From NCBI GenBank assembly GCA_023249615.1, contig JAHFCG010000002.1, forward strand, positions 1-59,384: 59,384 nucleotides of DNA, given 5' to 3'. The notes beneath the pieces are model-generated. The model saw only the letters and a list, made by a program, of their open reading frames with translations. It did no database searches and was not told where the DNA came from. Position 1 is the first letter of the stretch, and each line of letters starts with the position of its first letter. Shown piece by piece: positions 51,126 to 59,356 of this stretch. Origin of the DNA: a candidate division FCPU426 bacterium. GTDB lineage: Bacteria > Oederibacteriota > Muellerivitia > Muellerivitales > Muellerivitaceae. The position numbers and the translations under genes are program-made.

Positions 51126-53185
51126 AACACGGGAAGGTTTCCCAGGCCGGCGTTATTTTTTTGTATTTGATTTTGCTCGCCTCGAATTTCGCCTTGAGTT
51201 ATTCGGGGTTTCCGTGGGGTGGCAAGGGGGTAATTTTCTTTTTTGGAATCCTGTTTCCATTTCTCGTTTTTCTTCAATACAACCAGGCCATGGGTGAAAA
51301 GGAATTATTGTTTAAGGACCCGGCGGCTCTTTCCCGGCCTTCCTGGGTCCTTTTTGGCCTGGGGACCGCCGCCTTGTTTTTAAGATTTTTTAATTTAACC
51401 AGTTTTCATTCGTGGCCCACGGGGGACGAGGGGCTGCACGGATTTTTGTCCATCCCCCTGGTCCAAAAATGGGACTGGCAGTTTTTTTATACCGTCGGCG
51501 AGCACCCCCCCCTGTTAATTTGGGTTTTATCTTTTTTTTACAGGTGTTTTGACTCTCCCTTTTTTAACCTTTGGTTTTTCCCGGCTGTTTTCTCGCTTTT
51601 GGCCGTGCCGGCGGGTTATTGGGCCTCCCGCCAGTATTTTTCGAAAACCCTTTCCTCCTTTTTCGGGTTGTTGATGGCTTTCAGTTTCTGGCCTCTTTAC
51701 TTCGGCCGTTTTTGCCACCAGGGTGTTTTTATTCCCCTCTGGGAGCTTTTGGCTTTCCTGTTTCTGGGGTTTTGGGCCAAAAACCGGCATCGAAAATCGG
51801 GGGCTGTTTGGGCCGCGGTCCTTGGACTTTGGACGGGGTCGGGGACCCTGACCTTTCCCTCCTGTGTTTTTGTGATCGCCATTATATTTATCACGGTGGG
51901 TTTCATCTTTTATCGCCGGGAGAAATCGTCCTTGTTCTTCTTTTTGTGTTTCTTCGCTCTTGGAATAACGCCCTTTGCCCTGGCGGTTTTTCGCGAGGGT
52001 TACGGGCATCACCTGTTGGATTCTTCGGGCGCCGCGGGCGGTTTTTTGAACGCCCAACATTGGGTGACACATCTTTCCTATGTCTCCTCCCTTTTTTGGG
52101 GCCCGATCGAAGGGGGGGGCTCCTATGGCCCCCTTTGGGGCGGGATGTTAAATCCGGTCCTTTCAAGCTGTTTTTTGCTGGGGTTGGGGGAAATGATTAA
52201 AATCAGAAAATCGCCCGCGGCCCGGTGGATTTTATTTTCCTTCGGGGTCTGCCTCCTGCCGGCCCTTCTCGCGGGGGACTATGTTGAGCTGAACCGGGTC
52301 ATTCAAACCCTTCCCTTTTTATTATTCCTCGCGGCCCTGGGGTTTCTTAAACTTTTTAAGGTTTCAAAAGAAAATAAAATATATTTTTTCCCGGTTCTTC
52401 TCATTTTTATGTCCCTGGTTCTAGACGGGGCCCACCTTCAAAAGGCAATGGCTTGCGGAAATGACGCCGCGTTTAAAAACAAGAATGAACAGTTGAAAAT
52501 TTACGGGGCTTTGAAAAAGGAGGCTGAAATTAAGGGTCCTGGTTTGATTTTTACCGACTTTTTAACCCTCGACCAGGGTCATGTCCTAAACGCCCTTACT
52601 TATTCCTTTAACGCAGCGGCAAAATCCTCCCCGAACCAGGAAAAGGCGAAATGGGCTGGTTTGATCACCAACGTTTATTATTTACCTTTTCTTGCCGCCC
52701 GTTTTCCCGGGGCCCGCTGGATCTATTTGAAAAACGATTATTTGGATTTAAAGGGAAAATTAGCGGCTGGAATCATTCCCCTCGACAATCAAAATGAGGG
52801 GATTTTTAAACACTGGCACGCCGCCCATGATTACTTTCATCGCTTGAACCTTGAGGCGGAAAGGGGTTTTAACGGCAGGGAATATTACCTTAAGGCTGTC
52901 CGGGGTCTGGGCGAAGGGGGCCACCTGGTGAAAGGGGACAGGTTCCTGGAAGCGTCCTTTTGGGAATGGAGCTCGCAATATTATTTTGACCCGGAGGCCA
53001 AGGGAAACATCCTTGCCCTGGCCGAGGCCATCAAAAAAGGCTATCCCGCGGCCCATTTGTACTACCGACTGGGAACCCTTTTGAAAAACCAAAATCAAAC
53101 CCTTGAGGCCGAACGAATGATGGGTTTCGCGGAGGCCCAAAGGGCCAAATTTATCCAGCAATGGGGGAGTTTTAATCCGGAATAA
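51113..53185 (+). CDS. GT-C fold glycosyltransferase (ArnT/PMT_2-like) with periplasmic C-terminal domain, paralog 1
   Basis: Multi-TM N-terminal half. First-loop acidic motif LRFFNLTSFHSWPTGDEGLHG, then HPPLLIW, FNLWFFPAVFS, AFSFWPLYFGRF, in an ArnT/PMT-like order. About 250-aa soluble C-terminal half with a TPR-like end (HLYYRLGTLLKNQNQ). ATG 51113 overlaps the upstream gene by 13 nt. The track start is TTG 51098. Confidence 0.7.
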   Translation: MVDLKHGKVSQAGVIFLYLILLASNFALSYSGFPWGGKGVIFFFGILFPFLVFLQYNQAMGEKELLFKDPAALSRPSWVLFGLGTAALFLRFFNLTSFHSWPTGDEGLHGFLSIPLVQKWDWQFFYTVGEHPPLLIWVLSFFYRCFDSPFFNLWFFPAVFSLLAVPAGYWASRQYFSKTLSSFFGLLMAFSFWPLYFGRFCHQGVFIPLWELLAFLFLGFWAKNRHRKSGAVWAAVLGLWTGSGTLTFPSCVFVIAIIFITVGFIFYRREKSSLFFFLCFFALGITPFALAVFREGYGHHLLDSSGAAGGFLNAQHWVTHLSYVSSLFWGPIEGGGSYGPLWGGMLNPVLSSCFLLGLGEMIKIRKSPAARWILFSFGVCLLPALLAGDYVELNRVIQTLPFLLFLAALGFLKLFKVSKENKIYFFPVLLIFMSLVLDGAHLQKAMACGNDAAFKNKNEQLKIYGALKKEAEIKGPGLIFTDFLTLDQGHVLNALTYSFNAAAKSSPNQEKAKWAGLITNVYYLPFLAARFPGARWIYLKNDYLDLKGKLAAGIIPLDNQNEGIFKHWHAAHDYFHRLNLEAERGFNGREYYLKAVRGLGEGGHLVKGDRFLEASFWEWSSQYYFDPEAKGNILALAEAIKKGYPAAHLYYRLGTLLKNQNQTLEAERMMGFAEAQRAKFIQQWGSFNPE

Positions 53186-53222
53186 AATAAAAAGGACAAA
53201 AAATTCACCCTCTTTTTCCCTT

Positions 53223-55355
53223 GTGAAGACACCCATGGGGTTGATGTTTTGTTTTATTCTTTTCGCGTTATCCTTTGGAATTCTTTCCTACTCCACCGAC
53301 TCCTATGAAATGAAACTGTGGGTTCTTTTATTGGGGGTTTTTATTCCCTTTATTCTTCTTTCATCGAATTCGAAAGGGGAGGGGGCTGAATCAGGGAATA
53401 TTCATTCCGAGGAGCTCAAACTAAGGCCGGGTCCGGGTTTTTGGCTTTTAATTTTTGGTGCCGGCGGGTTTTTACGGTTTTTTAAACTTCCCACCTTTAA
53501 CCCCTGGCCCTCCTCCGATGAGGCCCTGCAGGGTTATTTCGCCATCGATTTGGTGAAAAGCTGGAACTGGAATATTTTTTACACCTCGGGCCAACATCCG
53601 CCTCTTTTGATTTGGCTGGAAAGCCTTCTCTTCCGTTTCACCGATCAATCCTTTTTAAACCTCTGGTTTTGGCCCGCGTTGTTTTCTTTTTTTACCCTTC
53701 TCATCGGTTATTCGGCCGCCCGAACCTTTTTTTCGAAATCCCTAAGTTTTATTTTTACCCTTCTTCTGGCCTTTTCCTTTTGGCCCCTCCTTTTTGGGCG
53801 TTTTGGAGTTCAGGGGACCCTCGTTCCTTTTTTTGAGTTTGTCGGCATTTACCTGCTTGGCCGGTTCCTGAAAACCAAAAACCCATCCGGAAAAAACTCG
53901 TTGGGGGTTCTCCTGGGTTTGGTTTTAGGGTTTGGAAGCCTGACCTTTACCGGATGGATTTCGGTGGTGGTGGCGTTCACAGGGATCGTTTTTTACCATT
54001 TAATGGGTTCCCCGAAAAAGAATTTTAAATCTTTAACCTTCTTCAGTCTCGCGCTTTTGATTTCCTATTTGCCTTGGGTTTATGGGGTCGTGACCGAGGG
54101 TTTTGGAGGGTATCTGGTCGGGGTGTCGATTTTCAGCGGTTTTTTTTCGGGCACGCAGCAAATGTTCACCCTGTTTTCGAACCTCACCAGTTTGTTTTGG
54201 GGTTCCCTACAAACGGGAGCGGCTTACGGCCCCACTTGGGGGGGCATTTTAAACCCACTATTGGGGGGTCTTTTTTTAATTGGTTTATCGGTTTTTTATC
54301 AGGCGCGCCGCCAGCCTTTTTCGAAAGGTTTGTTTTTCGCTTTCGTTGTTTTTTTGCTTCCTGGATTTTTGGCCGCCGATCATGTGGAAATGTTCCGGAT
54401 CATTCCCGTCATGCCGATCCTGCTTTTGGCGGCGGCGGTAGGCGCCCAAAAATTGGCTGTGAATTTTACAGGCGGAACCAGGGGGCCTCTTTTGGCGGTT
54501 CTGTTTATCCTGTCCTCATCCCTGGATATTTACCACCTTTTACGCCCCCAGCTTGATTTCAACGGCTTCAGGGCCGGTTTCAAAACCCAGGTTGAGGATG
54601 AAAGCTTCAAGGCCTTTAAAGAGTTCGAAGCCACCGCCCGGGAAAGGGGGCCTGGAATTATTTTTACCGAATTCCTCCTTCTGCCCCATGGCCACAACCT
54701 GAAAGTGGCTTCTTACCCTTTTAACGCCGCGGATAATCCCCGGCTAAATCCAACCAGCTCCCATTGGGCGGGCCTGGTCGTTAACTTAAATTATGTTTCC
54801 TTTCTCGCGAAGCGGTTTCCCGAATCGAATTGGAAAAGCCTCGCGGTAGGCCGGCCCGAGGACGGAGGGTTAGCCCTGGGAATCATTCCCCTGACGCCCC
54901 AAAACCGTGAATTGTTTTTGGGTTGGATCAAGATCAATGATTATTTACACGCTTTGGGGGTCCGTTCCGAAAACATGATGAACAACCCCAAACTTTATGA
55001 TTCGGTTTTAACGCGCCTGCCCGGGGGATATGCTTTAATGGGAGGCGATCCTTTTCTTGAATCCCTTTACGGGGAGTGGGCGGCGCAATACCACTATTCA
55101 AAAGGTTTGGGCGAGAACACCGCCGCCCTTCAAAGGGCCCTGGCAAAGGGGTATCCAAGCCCCCATCTTTATTTTAAGTTGGGGAATATTTATTATCTCG
55201 AAGGGGACATGAAAAACGCCAGGGAGGCCTACCGGAACGCCGTAAAGACCTTGCCCAATTTCACCGCGGCGCAGGCGGTTTTGAATTATATGGACAACCC
55301 TCATAAAACAACCGCTAGAGAAACGAACCAGGTTCCCCAACGAGGCCGTCCATGA
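53223..55355 (+). CDS. GT-C fold glycosyltransferase (ArnT/PMT_2-like) with C-terminal TPR motif, paralog 2
   Basis: Alignable by eye with paralog 1 over the full length (LRFFKLPTFNPWPSSDEALQG, HPPLLIW, LNLWFWPALFS, AFSFWPLLFGRF, GPGIIFTEFL, WAGLVVN, LAKRFPESNW, GIIPL). Clear TPR at HLYFKLGNIYYLEGDMKNAREAYRNAVKTLPN. The start is GTG 53223 or ATG 53235. Confidence 0.7.
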   Translation: MKTPMGLMFCFILFALSFGILSYSTDSYEMKLWVLLLGVFIPFILLSSNSKGEGAESGNIHSEELKLRPGPGFWLLIFGAGGFLRFFKLPTFNPWPSSDEALQGYFAIDLVKSWNWNIFYTSGQHPPLLIWLESLLFRFTDQSFLNLWFWPALFSFFTLLIGYSAARTFFSKSLSFIFTLLLAFSFWPLLFGRFGVQGTLVPFFEFVGIYLLGRFLKTKNPSGKNSLGVLLGLVLGFGSLTFTGWISVVVAFTGIVFYHLMGSPKKNFKSLTFFSLALLISYLPWVYGVVTEGFGGYLVGVSIFSGFFSGTQQMFTLFSNLTSLFWGSLQTGAAYGPTWGGILNPLLGGLFLIGLSVFYQARRQPFSKGLFFAFVVFLLPGFLAADHVEMFRIIPVMPILLLAAAVGAQKLAVNFTGGTRGPLLAVLFILSSSLDIYHLLRPQLDFNGFRAGFKTQVEDESFKAFKEFEATARERGPGIIFTEFLLLPHGHNLKVASYPFNAADNPRLNPTSSHWAGLVVNLNYVSFLAKRFPESNWKSLAVGRPEDGGLALGIIPLTPQNRELFLGWIKINDYLHALGVRSENMMNNPKLYDSVLTRLPGGYALMGGDPFLESLYGEWAAQYHYSKGLGENTAALQRALAKGYPSPHLYFKLGNIYYLEGDMKNAREAYRNAVKTLPNFTAAQAVLNYMDNPHKTTARETNQVPQRGRP

Positions 55356-56050
55356 GTTTTTACACCCTGATTTTCCTGATCGTCATGGTTTTTGTCGTGG
55401 GGAGGTGCTGGAGATATTTCCAGGAATTTTCCGAGGATCTAAAGTTTGTGGCCCTGCTGGAGCCCTGGTATTGGTTCGTGTTCATGAACCTTATCCTCAG
55501 CGCCGTTTCCATCAATTACGATTATCAATTCGCCCTGATCGGGCTTTTAATCCAGACGGCTTTAAGCGCCTGGTTTTCCATTTCCATCGGGTGGATTATC
55601 CAATCCTGTCCCCATAAAACGGGGGTTCTCCACCAAAGTGTTTTCATCAAGGGAAAAGTACTGAAATATTGCTACCGGTGCGGGACACGGATTCCCAAGG
55701 ACCAGGAAGCTCGACTCATCAAGGACAACTCCTGGCAGAGTTTCCTTTTCCAGATGCCCCCCCACCTGTTTGAGTATGTTGGTTTTTGGGTCGCGCAGGA
55801 CTTGTTGGTTTTAACCGCCTTGTTTTTTGTCCTGCGTTTTTTCAAAACACCCGATGTCCAGCACGAGGTGGTCATGTGGGCGGTGATCCTGGTAATTTTT
55901 GCGCCTCCCGCGGTTTATTCCATCGGCCGGTTCAGGCGGTATCTTTCCGAAACCAAAGGCCTCATTTGGTGGGAGGATCTTAAAAGTTCGGTCCTGTCCT
56001 GGGTCGTTGTGGGCCTGACCCTGTGGGTTCTGGTTCATTTTTTTCTATAG
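55352..56050 (+). CDS. polytopic integral membrane protein with cytoplasmic CxxC loop, unknown family
   Basis: ATGA overlap with the preceding gene. About 6 hydrophobic helices. Central loop KYCYRCGTRIPKDQEARL. Confidence 0.6.
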   Translation: MSFYTLIFLIVMVFVVGRCWRYFQEFSEDLKFVALLEPWYWFVFMNLILSAVSINYDYQFALIGLLIQTALSAWFSISIGWIIQSCPHKTGVLHQSVFIKGKVLKYCYRCGTRIPKDQEARLIKDNSWQSFLFQMPPHLFEYVGFWVAQDLLVLTALFFVLRFFKTPDVQHEVVMWAVILVIFAPPAVYSIGRFRRYLSETKGLIWWEDLKSSVLSWVVVGLTLWVLVHFFL

Positions 56051-56111
56051 GATGGATAGGGTTGCCCTTTTTATTTTTAAGACAACCGATGATTGAAGCG
56101 GAGGGGTGACA

Positions 56112-56543
56112 TTGAAGAAGGCAAGTCGTCCGGATGAAAAAACCGCTCAAGTGAAAATCACCCGGCGGATTCAGGAACTGGGGGACTGGAGGGGAAAGAC
56201 TCTCGCCCATATCCGTCAGCTCATCCTCGCTGCCGCCCCTGGTATTCTTGAGGAGTGGAAATGGGAAAAGCCCAAATCCCCGGGAATTCCCGTTTGGTCC
56301 CATGACGGGGGTGTCTGCACGGGGGAATCGTACAAGCAGGTCGTAAAGCTCACCTTCTTCCGCGGGGCCGCCCTTAAGGATCCAAAGAAGCTCTTCAATT
56401 CCAGCCTGGAAGGGAACACGAGGCGAGCGATCGACCTCCGCGAAGGGGAAAAGATCAACGAAGCCGCCTTCCAACAGCTTATCCGCGCCGCGGTGGCGGC
56501 CAACTCCGAGGCCCTCGCCCAGCGGGCGGCCGGAAAGAAGTAA
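56112..56543 (+). CDS. DUF1801 (YdhG-like) domain protein
   Basis: LGDWRGKTLAHIRQLILAAAPGILEEWKW...VKLTFFRGAALKDP resembles the YdhG/DUF1801 family. TTG 56112 lies 7 nt after GGAGG (56100-56104). The track start GTG 56106 has no spacing. Confidence 0.6.
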   Translation: MKKASRPDEKTAQVKITRRIQELGDWRGKTLAHIRQLILAAAPGILEEWKWEKPKSPGIPVWSHDGGVCTGESYKQVVKLTFFRGAALKDPKKLFNSSLEGNTRRAIDLREGEKINEAAFQQLIRAAVAANSEALAQRAAGKK

Positions 56544-56597
56544 TCCAAGATTTCAGGGGTCCCTTTGGGAGGAGTCCGGGGGTTTTCCTTTGTTAGG

Positions 56598-56647
56598 TTG
56601 ACGGGGAAAAGGCCCTTTGATAATGTAATTACACGGTAATTACATTA
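56598..56647 (+). promoter_or_regulatory. mazEF promoter (TTGACG - 17 nt - TAATGT with upstream TG) overlapped by a perfect 12-bp-arm palindromic operator
   Basis: TTGACG at 56598-56603, TG at 56618-56619, TAATGT at 56621-56626. Palindrome TAATGTAATTAC (56621-56632) acg GTAATTACATTA (56636-56647). Confidence 0.6.
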
Positions 56648-56670
56648 GTCATTCGAACTAGGCGGCGGCC

Positions 56671-57045
56671 ATGAAAACAAAAGTTAAAAAAACAAATAAG
56701 GCCGGCGGTGTTAACCCCCAACGTCATGGAAAGGGCCCGGCAGTTCCCCAAAAAAGAAATGGCGCCGTGGAAGGGGTCTATTCGGGAAAACACACGAAGG
56801 CTCATGTGGTGCGAATTGGCAATTCAAAAGGCATCCGGATACCCCAAAACCTCCTGCGTGAAAGCCAGTTGGGATATGAGGTTGATTTGGAGGCCAAGCC
56901 GGGCATGTTGATAGTAAGGGCTTCGAAGGGTCCCCGCGCCGGATGGGAAGAGGCCTTTGACCGGATGTCGGCAAACCGGGATGACGAGTTGTTGGACAAT
57001 GGTGGAGCCGAAACCGATTGGGATCGGAAACATTGGAAATGGTAA
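56671..57045 (+). CDS. mazE: AbrB/MazE-family type II antitoxin (with unusual basic N-terminal extension if ATG 56671 is used)
   Basis: VVRIGNSKGIRIPQNLLRESQLGYEVDLEAKPGMLIV is a SpoVT/AbrB swapped-hairpin signature. It overlaps the toxin start. An alternative GTG start at 56806 would give an 80-aa protein of typical size. Confidence 0.8.
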   Translation: MKTKVKKTNKAGGVNPQRHGKGPAVPQKRNGAVEGVYSGKHTKAHVVRIGNSKGIRIPQNLLRESQLGYEVDLEAKPGMLIVRASKGPRAGWEEAFDRMSANRDDELLDNGGAETDWDRKHWKW

Positions 57046-57362
57046 TTTCCCGGTTTGAGATTTATTGGGTCAGGTTGGATCCGACCGAGGGAAGCGAAAT
57101 ACGCAAAACCCGCCCCTGCCTTGTCCTGTCCCCGGATGTAATGAATCACCGGATAAAAACCGTCATCGTGGCGCCCTTGACCAGCGGTGAACAAAATTAT
57201 CCAACCCGTGTTTCCGTTCATTTCGACAAGAAACAGGGCCAGGTCGCCCTGGATCAAATTCGGACGGTGGACAAAAAGCGCCTGGGAAGATTGGCAGGAA
57301 AGATCGACGCGGGAACAGCCGAAAAGGTTATAAAGGTTCTTTCGGAAATGTTCGCGCCTTGA
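57039..57362 (+). CDS. mazF: MazF/PemK-family mRNA interferase toxin
   Basis: RFEIYWVRLDPTEGSEIRKTRPCLVLSPDVMN...VIVAPLTS...ALDQIRTVDKKRL. ATG 57039 overlaps the antitoxin stop (ATGGTAA). Confidence 0.88.
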   Translation: MVISRFEIYWVRLDPTEGSEIRKTRPCLVLSPDVMNHRIKTVIVAPLTSGEQNYPTRVSVHFDKKQGQVALDQIRTVDKKRLGRLAGKIDAGTAEKVIKVLSEMFAP

Positions 57363-57394
57363 CGCTTTGTTCGTTACTAAACCATGGAGGCATT

Positions 57395-59356
57395 ATGAAA
57401 CGTTTGATTTTGTCGGCAATCCTGGCGGCCTTTTGGCTTTCGCTCCTGATCCCCCCGGCTTCTTTTGCCGCCGAAAGCTCCCCGGGAAAGTACAAGAATT
57501 TCAAGGTGGCGGTTTATATCGTCGTCAATGCCACCAAGAGCTTCGTCGACGAGAAGGTGCTCCAAGCGGAATACGACAAGGTCATGAGCCGGGTCAAGTT
57601 CGACAAGGTCTACCTGGAGGTTTACCGGGACAAGAATTTCGCCGACGAAGCCAGCCTCGACAAGATCATCAAGTTCTTCACCGACCGTGGCATCGCGGTT
57701 TGCGGGGGAATGACCCTGTCCGCCGGGGGCGGGAAGGGCGGCCAATTCGGAACCTTTGATTTTGAAAAGCCCGCTGACCGGGCGGAATGCAAAAAGGCCG
57801 TCCAAATCGCCGCGAGGCACTTTGACACGGTCATCCTCGATGACTTTTTCTTTTACACCAGCAAGTCCGACGAGGATATCAAGGCCAAGGGCAAGCGAAG
57901 CTGGACCCAGTACCGTTTGGACACCATGCGTAAAGCCGGGCGGGATCTTGTTTTGAAACCGGCCAAGGCCATCAATCCCAACCTCAAGATGATCATCAAA
58001 TATCCCAACTGGTATGAGCATTTTCAGGGCCTGGGTTACGATCTGGACGACCAAGCCCATGAGTTTGACGCCATCTATACCGGTACCGAGACGCGTGACC
58101 CTTACATAACCGACCAGCTTCTCCAGCAATATGAGAGCTACGAAATTTTCCGTTACTTCAGCAATATCCGCCCGGACGGCGGAAACCTGGGGGGCTGGGT
58201 GGATACCTACAGCACAAGGTACGTGGACCGTTATCCCGAACAGTTGTGGGACACCCTTTTCGCCAAGGCGCCGGAAATTACCCTCTTCAACTGGCATGAA
58301 ATGTCGGGGGACTGGAAGATCGAGCCGGGGGAAAGGGACGCCTGGAAAAATCAGGCTACCAGCTTTAATTGGGATGAAATGCTTAAAACCGTTCAACCGA
58401 AAAACAGCGCGAAGGGCGGGCCCAGCTGGGGACATGTCGCGGGTTATTCCCTGGAAAAGATCGACAAGGTTTTAGGCGAGCTCGGAAAACCTATCGGAGT
58501 CGCTTGTTACAAGCCCTATCAGTCCACGGGCGAGGACTTTTTGCACAGCTACCTCGGCAACATCGGAATCCCCGTTGAGTTATTTCCTGAGTTTCCGACC
58601 AACGCCAGCATGGTTCTTCTCACCGAAAGCGCCAAGTTTGATTCCAAGATTGTCCCAAAGATCAAGAAACAGCTCGCGGCGGGCAAGAACGTCATGGTCA
58701 CCTCCGGACTGCTCAAGGCTCTGCAAGGAAAGGGCATCGAGGAGATTGCCGAAATGGAATACACGGGCCGAAGCGTGGCCATACACGACTTCATTAACGG
58801 TTTTGGGGCTGGCAGCGGAAGCTCCCTCAACGATCCTACCCACGACAACCCGGCCATCCTTTTCCCTGAAATCCGGTTCTTCACCAATGACATGTGGGGC
58901 ATTGTGAGGGGAGTGGCCTCCGCAAAGGGTTTCCCGATCATTCTAATGAACCACTATTCCAAGGGCACTTTTTACCTGCTCACGATCCCGGAAAACTTTG
59001 GGGACTTGTATCAACTTCCCCGGGGGGTGGTGAACGAGATCAAGGGCTATCTCCAGGAAGATTCCCCAGTGCGGATGGATTGTCCTCTGCAGGTAGCTTT
59101 ATTTACCTATGACAACAACAGCTTTGTGGTGGAATCGTTTCGGCCCGAGGCCTCCACGGTAACCGTCTCGGTGGTGGGAGATAACATTAAGCTGAGGGAA
59201 CTAACGACCAATCAATTAGCGAAGGTCGCGCCGGTGCCGACCCCTGACCCGAAAGCTAACAAGTGGTTTCAAGCCAGGCCCCAGGGCCCAGCCCGGACCC
59301 GTTTTCAGATTTCCGTTCCGCCTCATTCCTACATGGTTTTTGGAGTGGAAAAATAG
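57395..59356 (+). CDS. large secreted protein, unknown family (possibly glycoside-hydrolase-like TIM barrel)
   Basis: GGAGG at 57386-57390 precedes ATG 57395. Signal peptide MKRLILSAILAAFWLSLLIPPASFAAE. 653 aa. Alternating beta/alpha-looking N-terminal half (FKVAVYIVV, VYLEVYRD, GIAVCGGM, DTVILDDFFF, KMIIKYPNWY). The functional guess is weak. Confidence 0.6.
   Translation: MKRLILSAILAAFWLSLLIPPASFAAESSPGKYKNFKVAVYIVVNATKSFVDEKVLQAEYDKVMSRVKFDKVYLEVYRDKNFADEASLDKIIKFFTDRGIAVCGGMTLSAGGGKGGQFGTFDFEKPADRAECKKAVQIAARHFDTVILDDFFFYTSKSDEDIKAKGKRSWTQYRLDTMRKAGRDLVLKPAKAINPNLKMIIKYPNWYEHFQGLGYDLDDQAHEFDAIYTGTETRDPYITDQLLQQYESYEIFRYFSNIRPDGGNLGGWVDTYSTRYVDRYPEQLWDTLFAKAPEITLFNWHEMSGDWKIEPGERDAWKNQATSFNWDEMLKTVQPKNSAKGGPSWGHVAGYSLEKIDKVLGELGKPIGVACYKPYQSTGEDFLHSYLGNIGIPVELFPEFPTNASMVLLTESAKFDSKIVPKIKKQLAAGKNVMVTSGLLKALQGKGIEEIAEMEYTGRSVAIHDFINGFGAGSGSSLNDPTHDNPAILFPEIRFFTNDMWGIVRGVASAKGFPIILMNHYSKGTFYLLTIPENFGDLYQLPRGVVNEIKGYLQEDSPVRMDCPLQVALFTYDNNSFVVESFRPEASTVTVSVVGDNIKLRELTTNQLAKVAPVPTPDPKANKWFQARPQGPARTRFQISVPPHSYMVFGVEK

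Noticed and set aside
51527-52200. Alternative-frame ORFs inside the GT-C genes (51571..52200 +, 51527..52072 -, 54074..54556 +)
   Set aside because: They overlap long ORFs that have coherent TM/GT-C motifs. Their translations are Gly/Arg/Pro-rich with no structure, as expected from the T-rich codon bias of membrane genes.
57377-58435. 352-aa antisense ORF opposite the last gene
   Set aside because: It is the stop-free shadow frame of a strongly C3-biased gene. The sense frame has an SD, a signal peptide and a full-length ORF, while the antisense frame has none of these.
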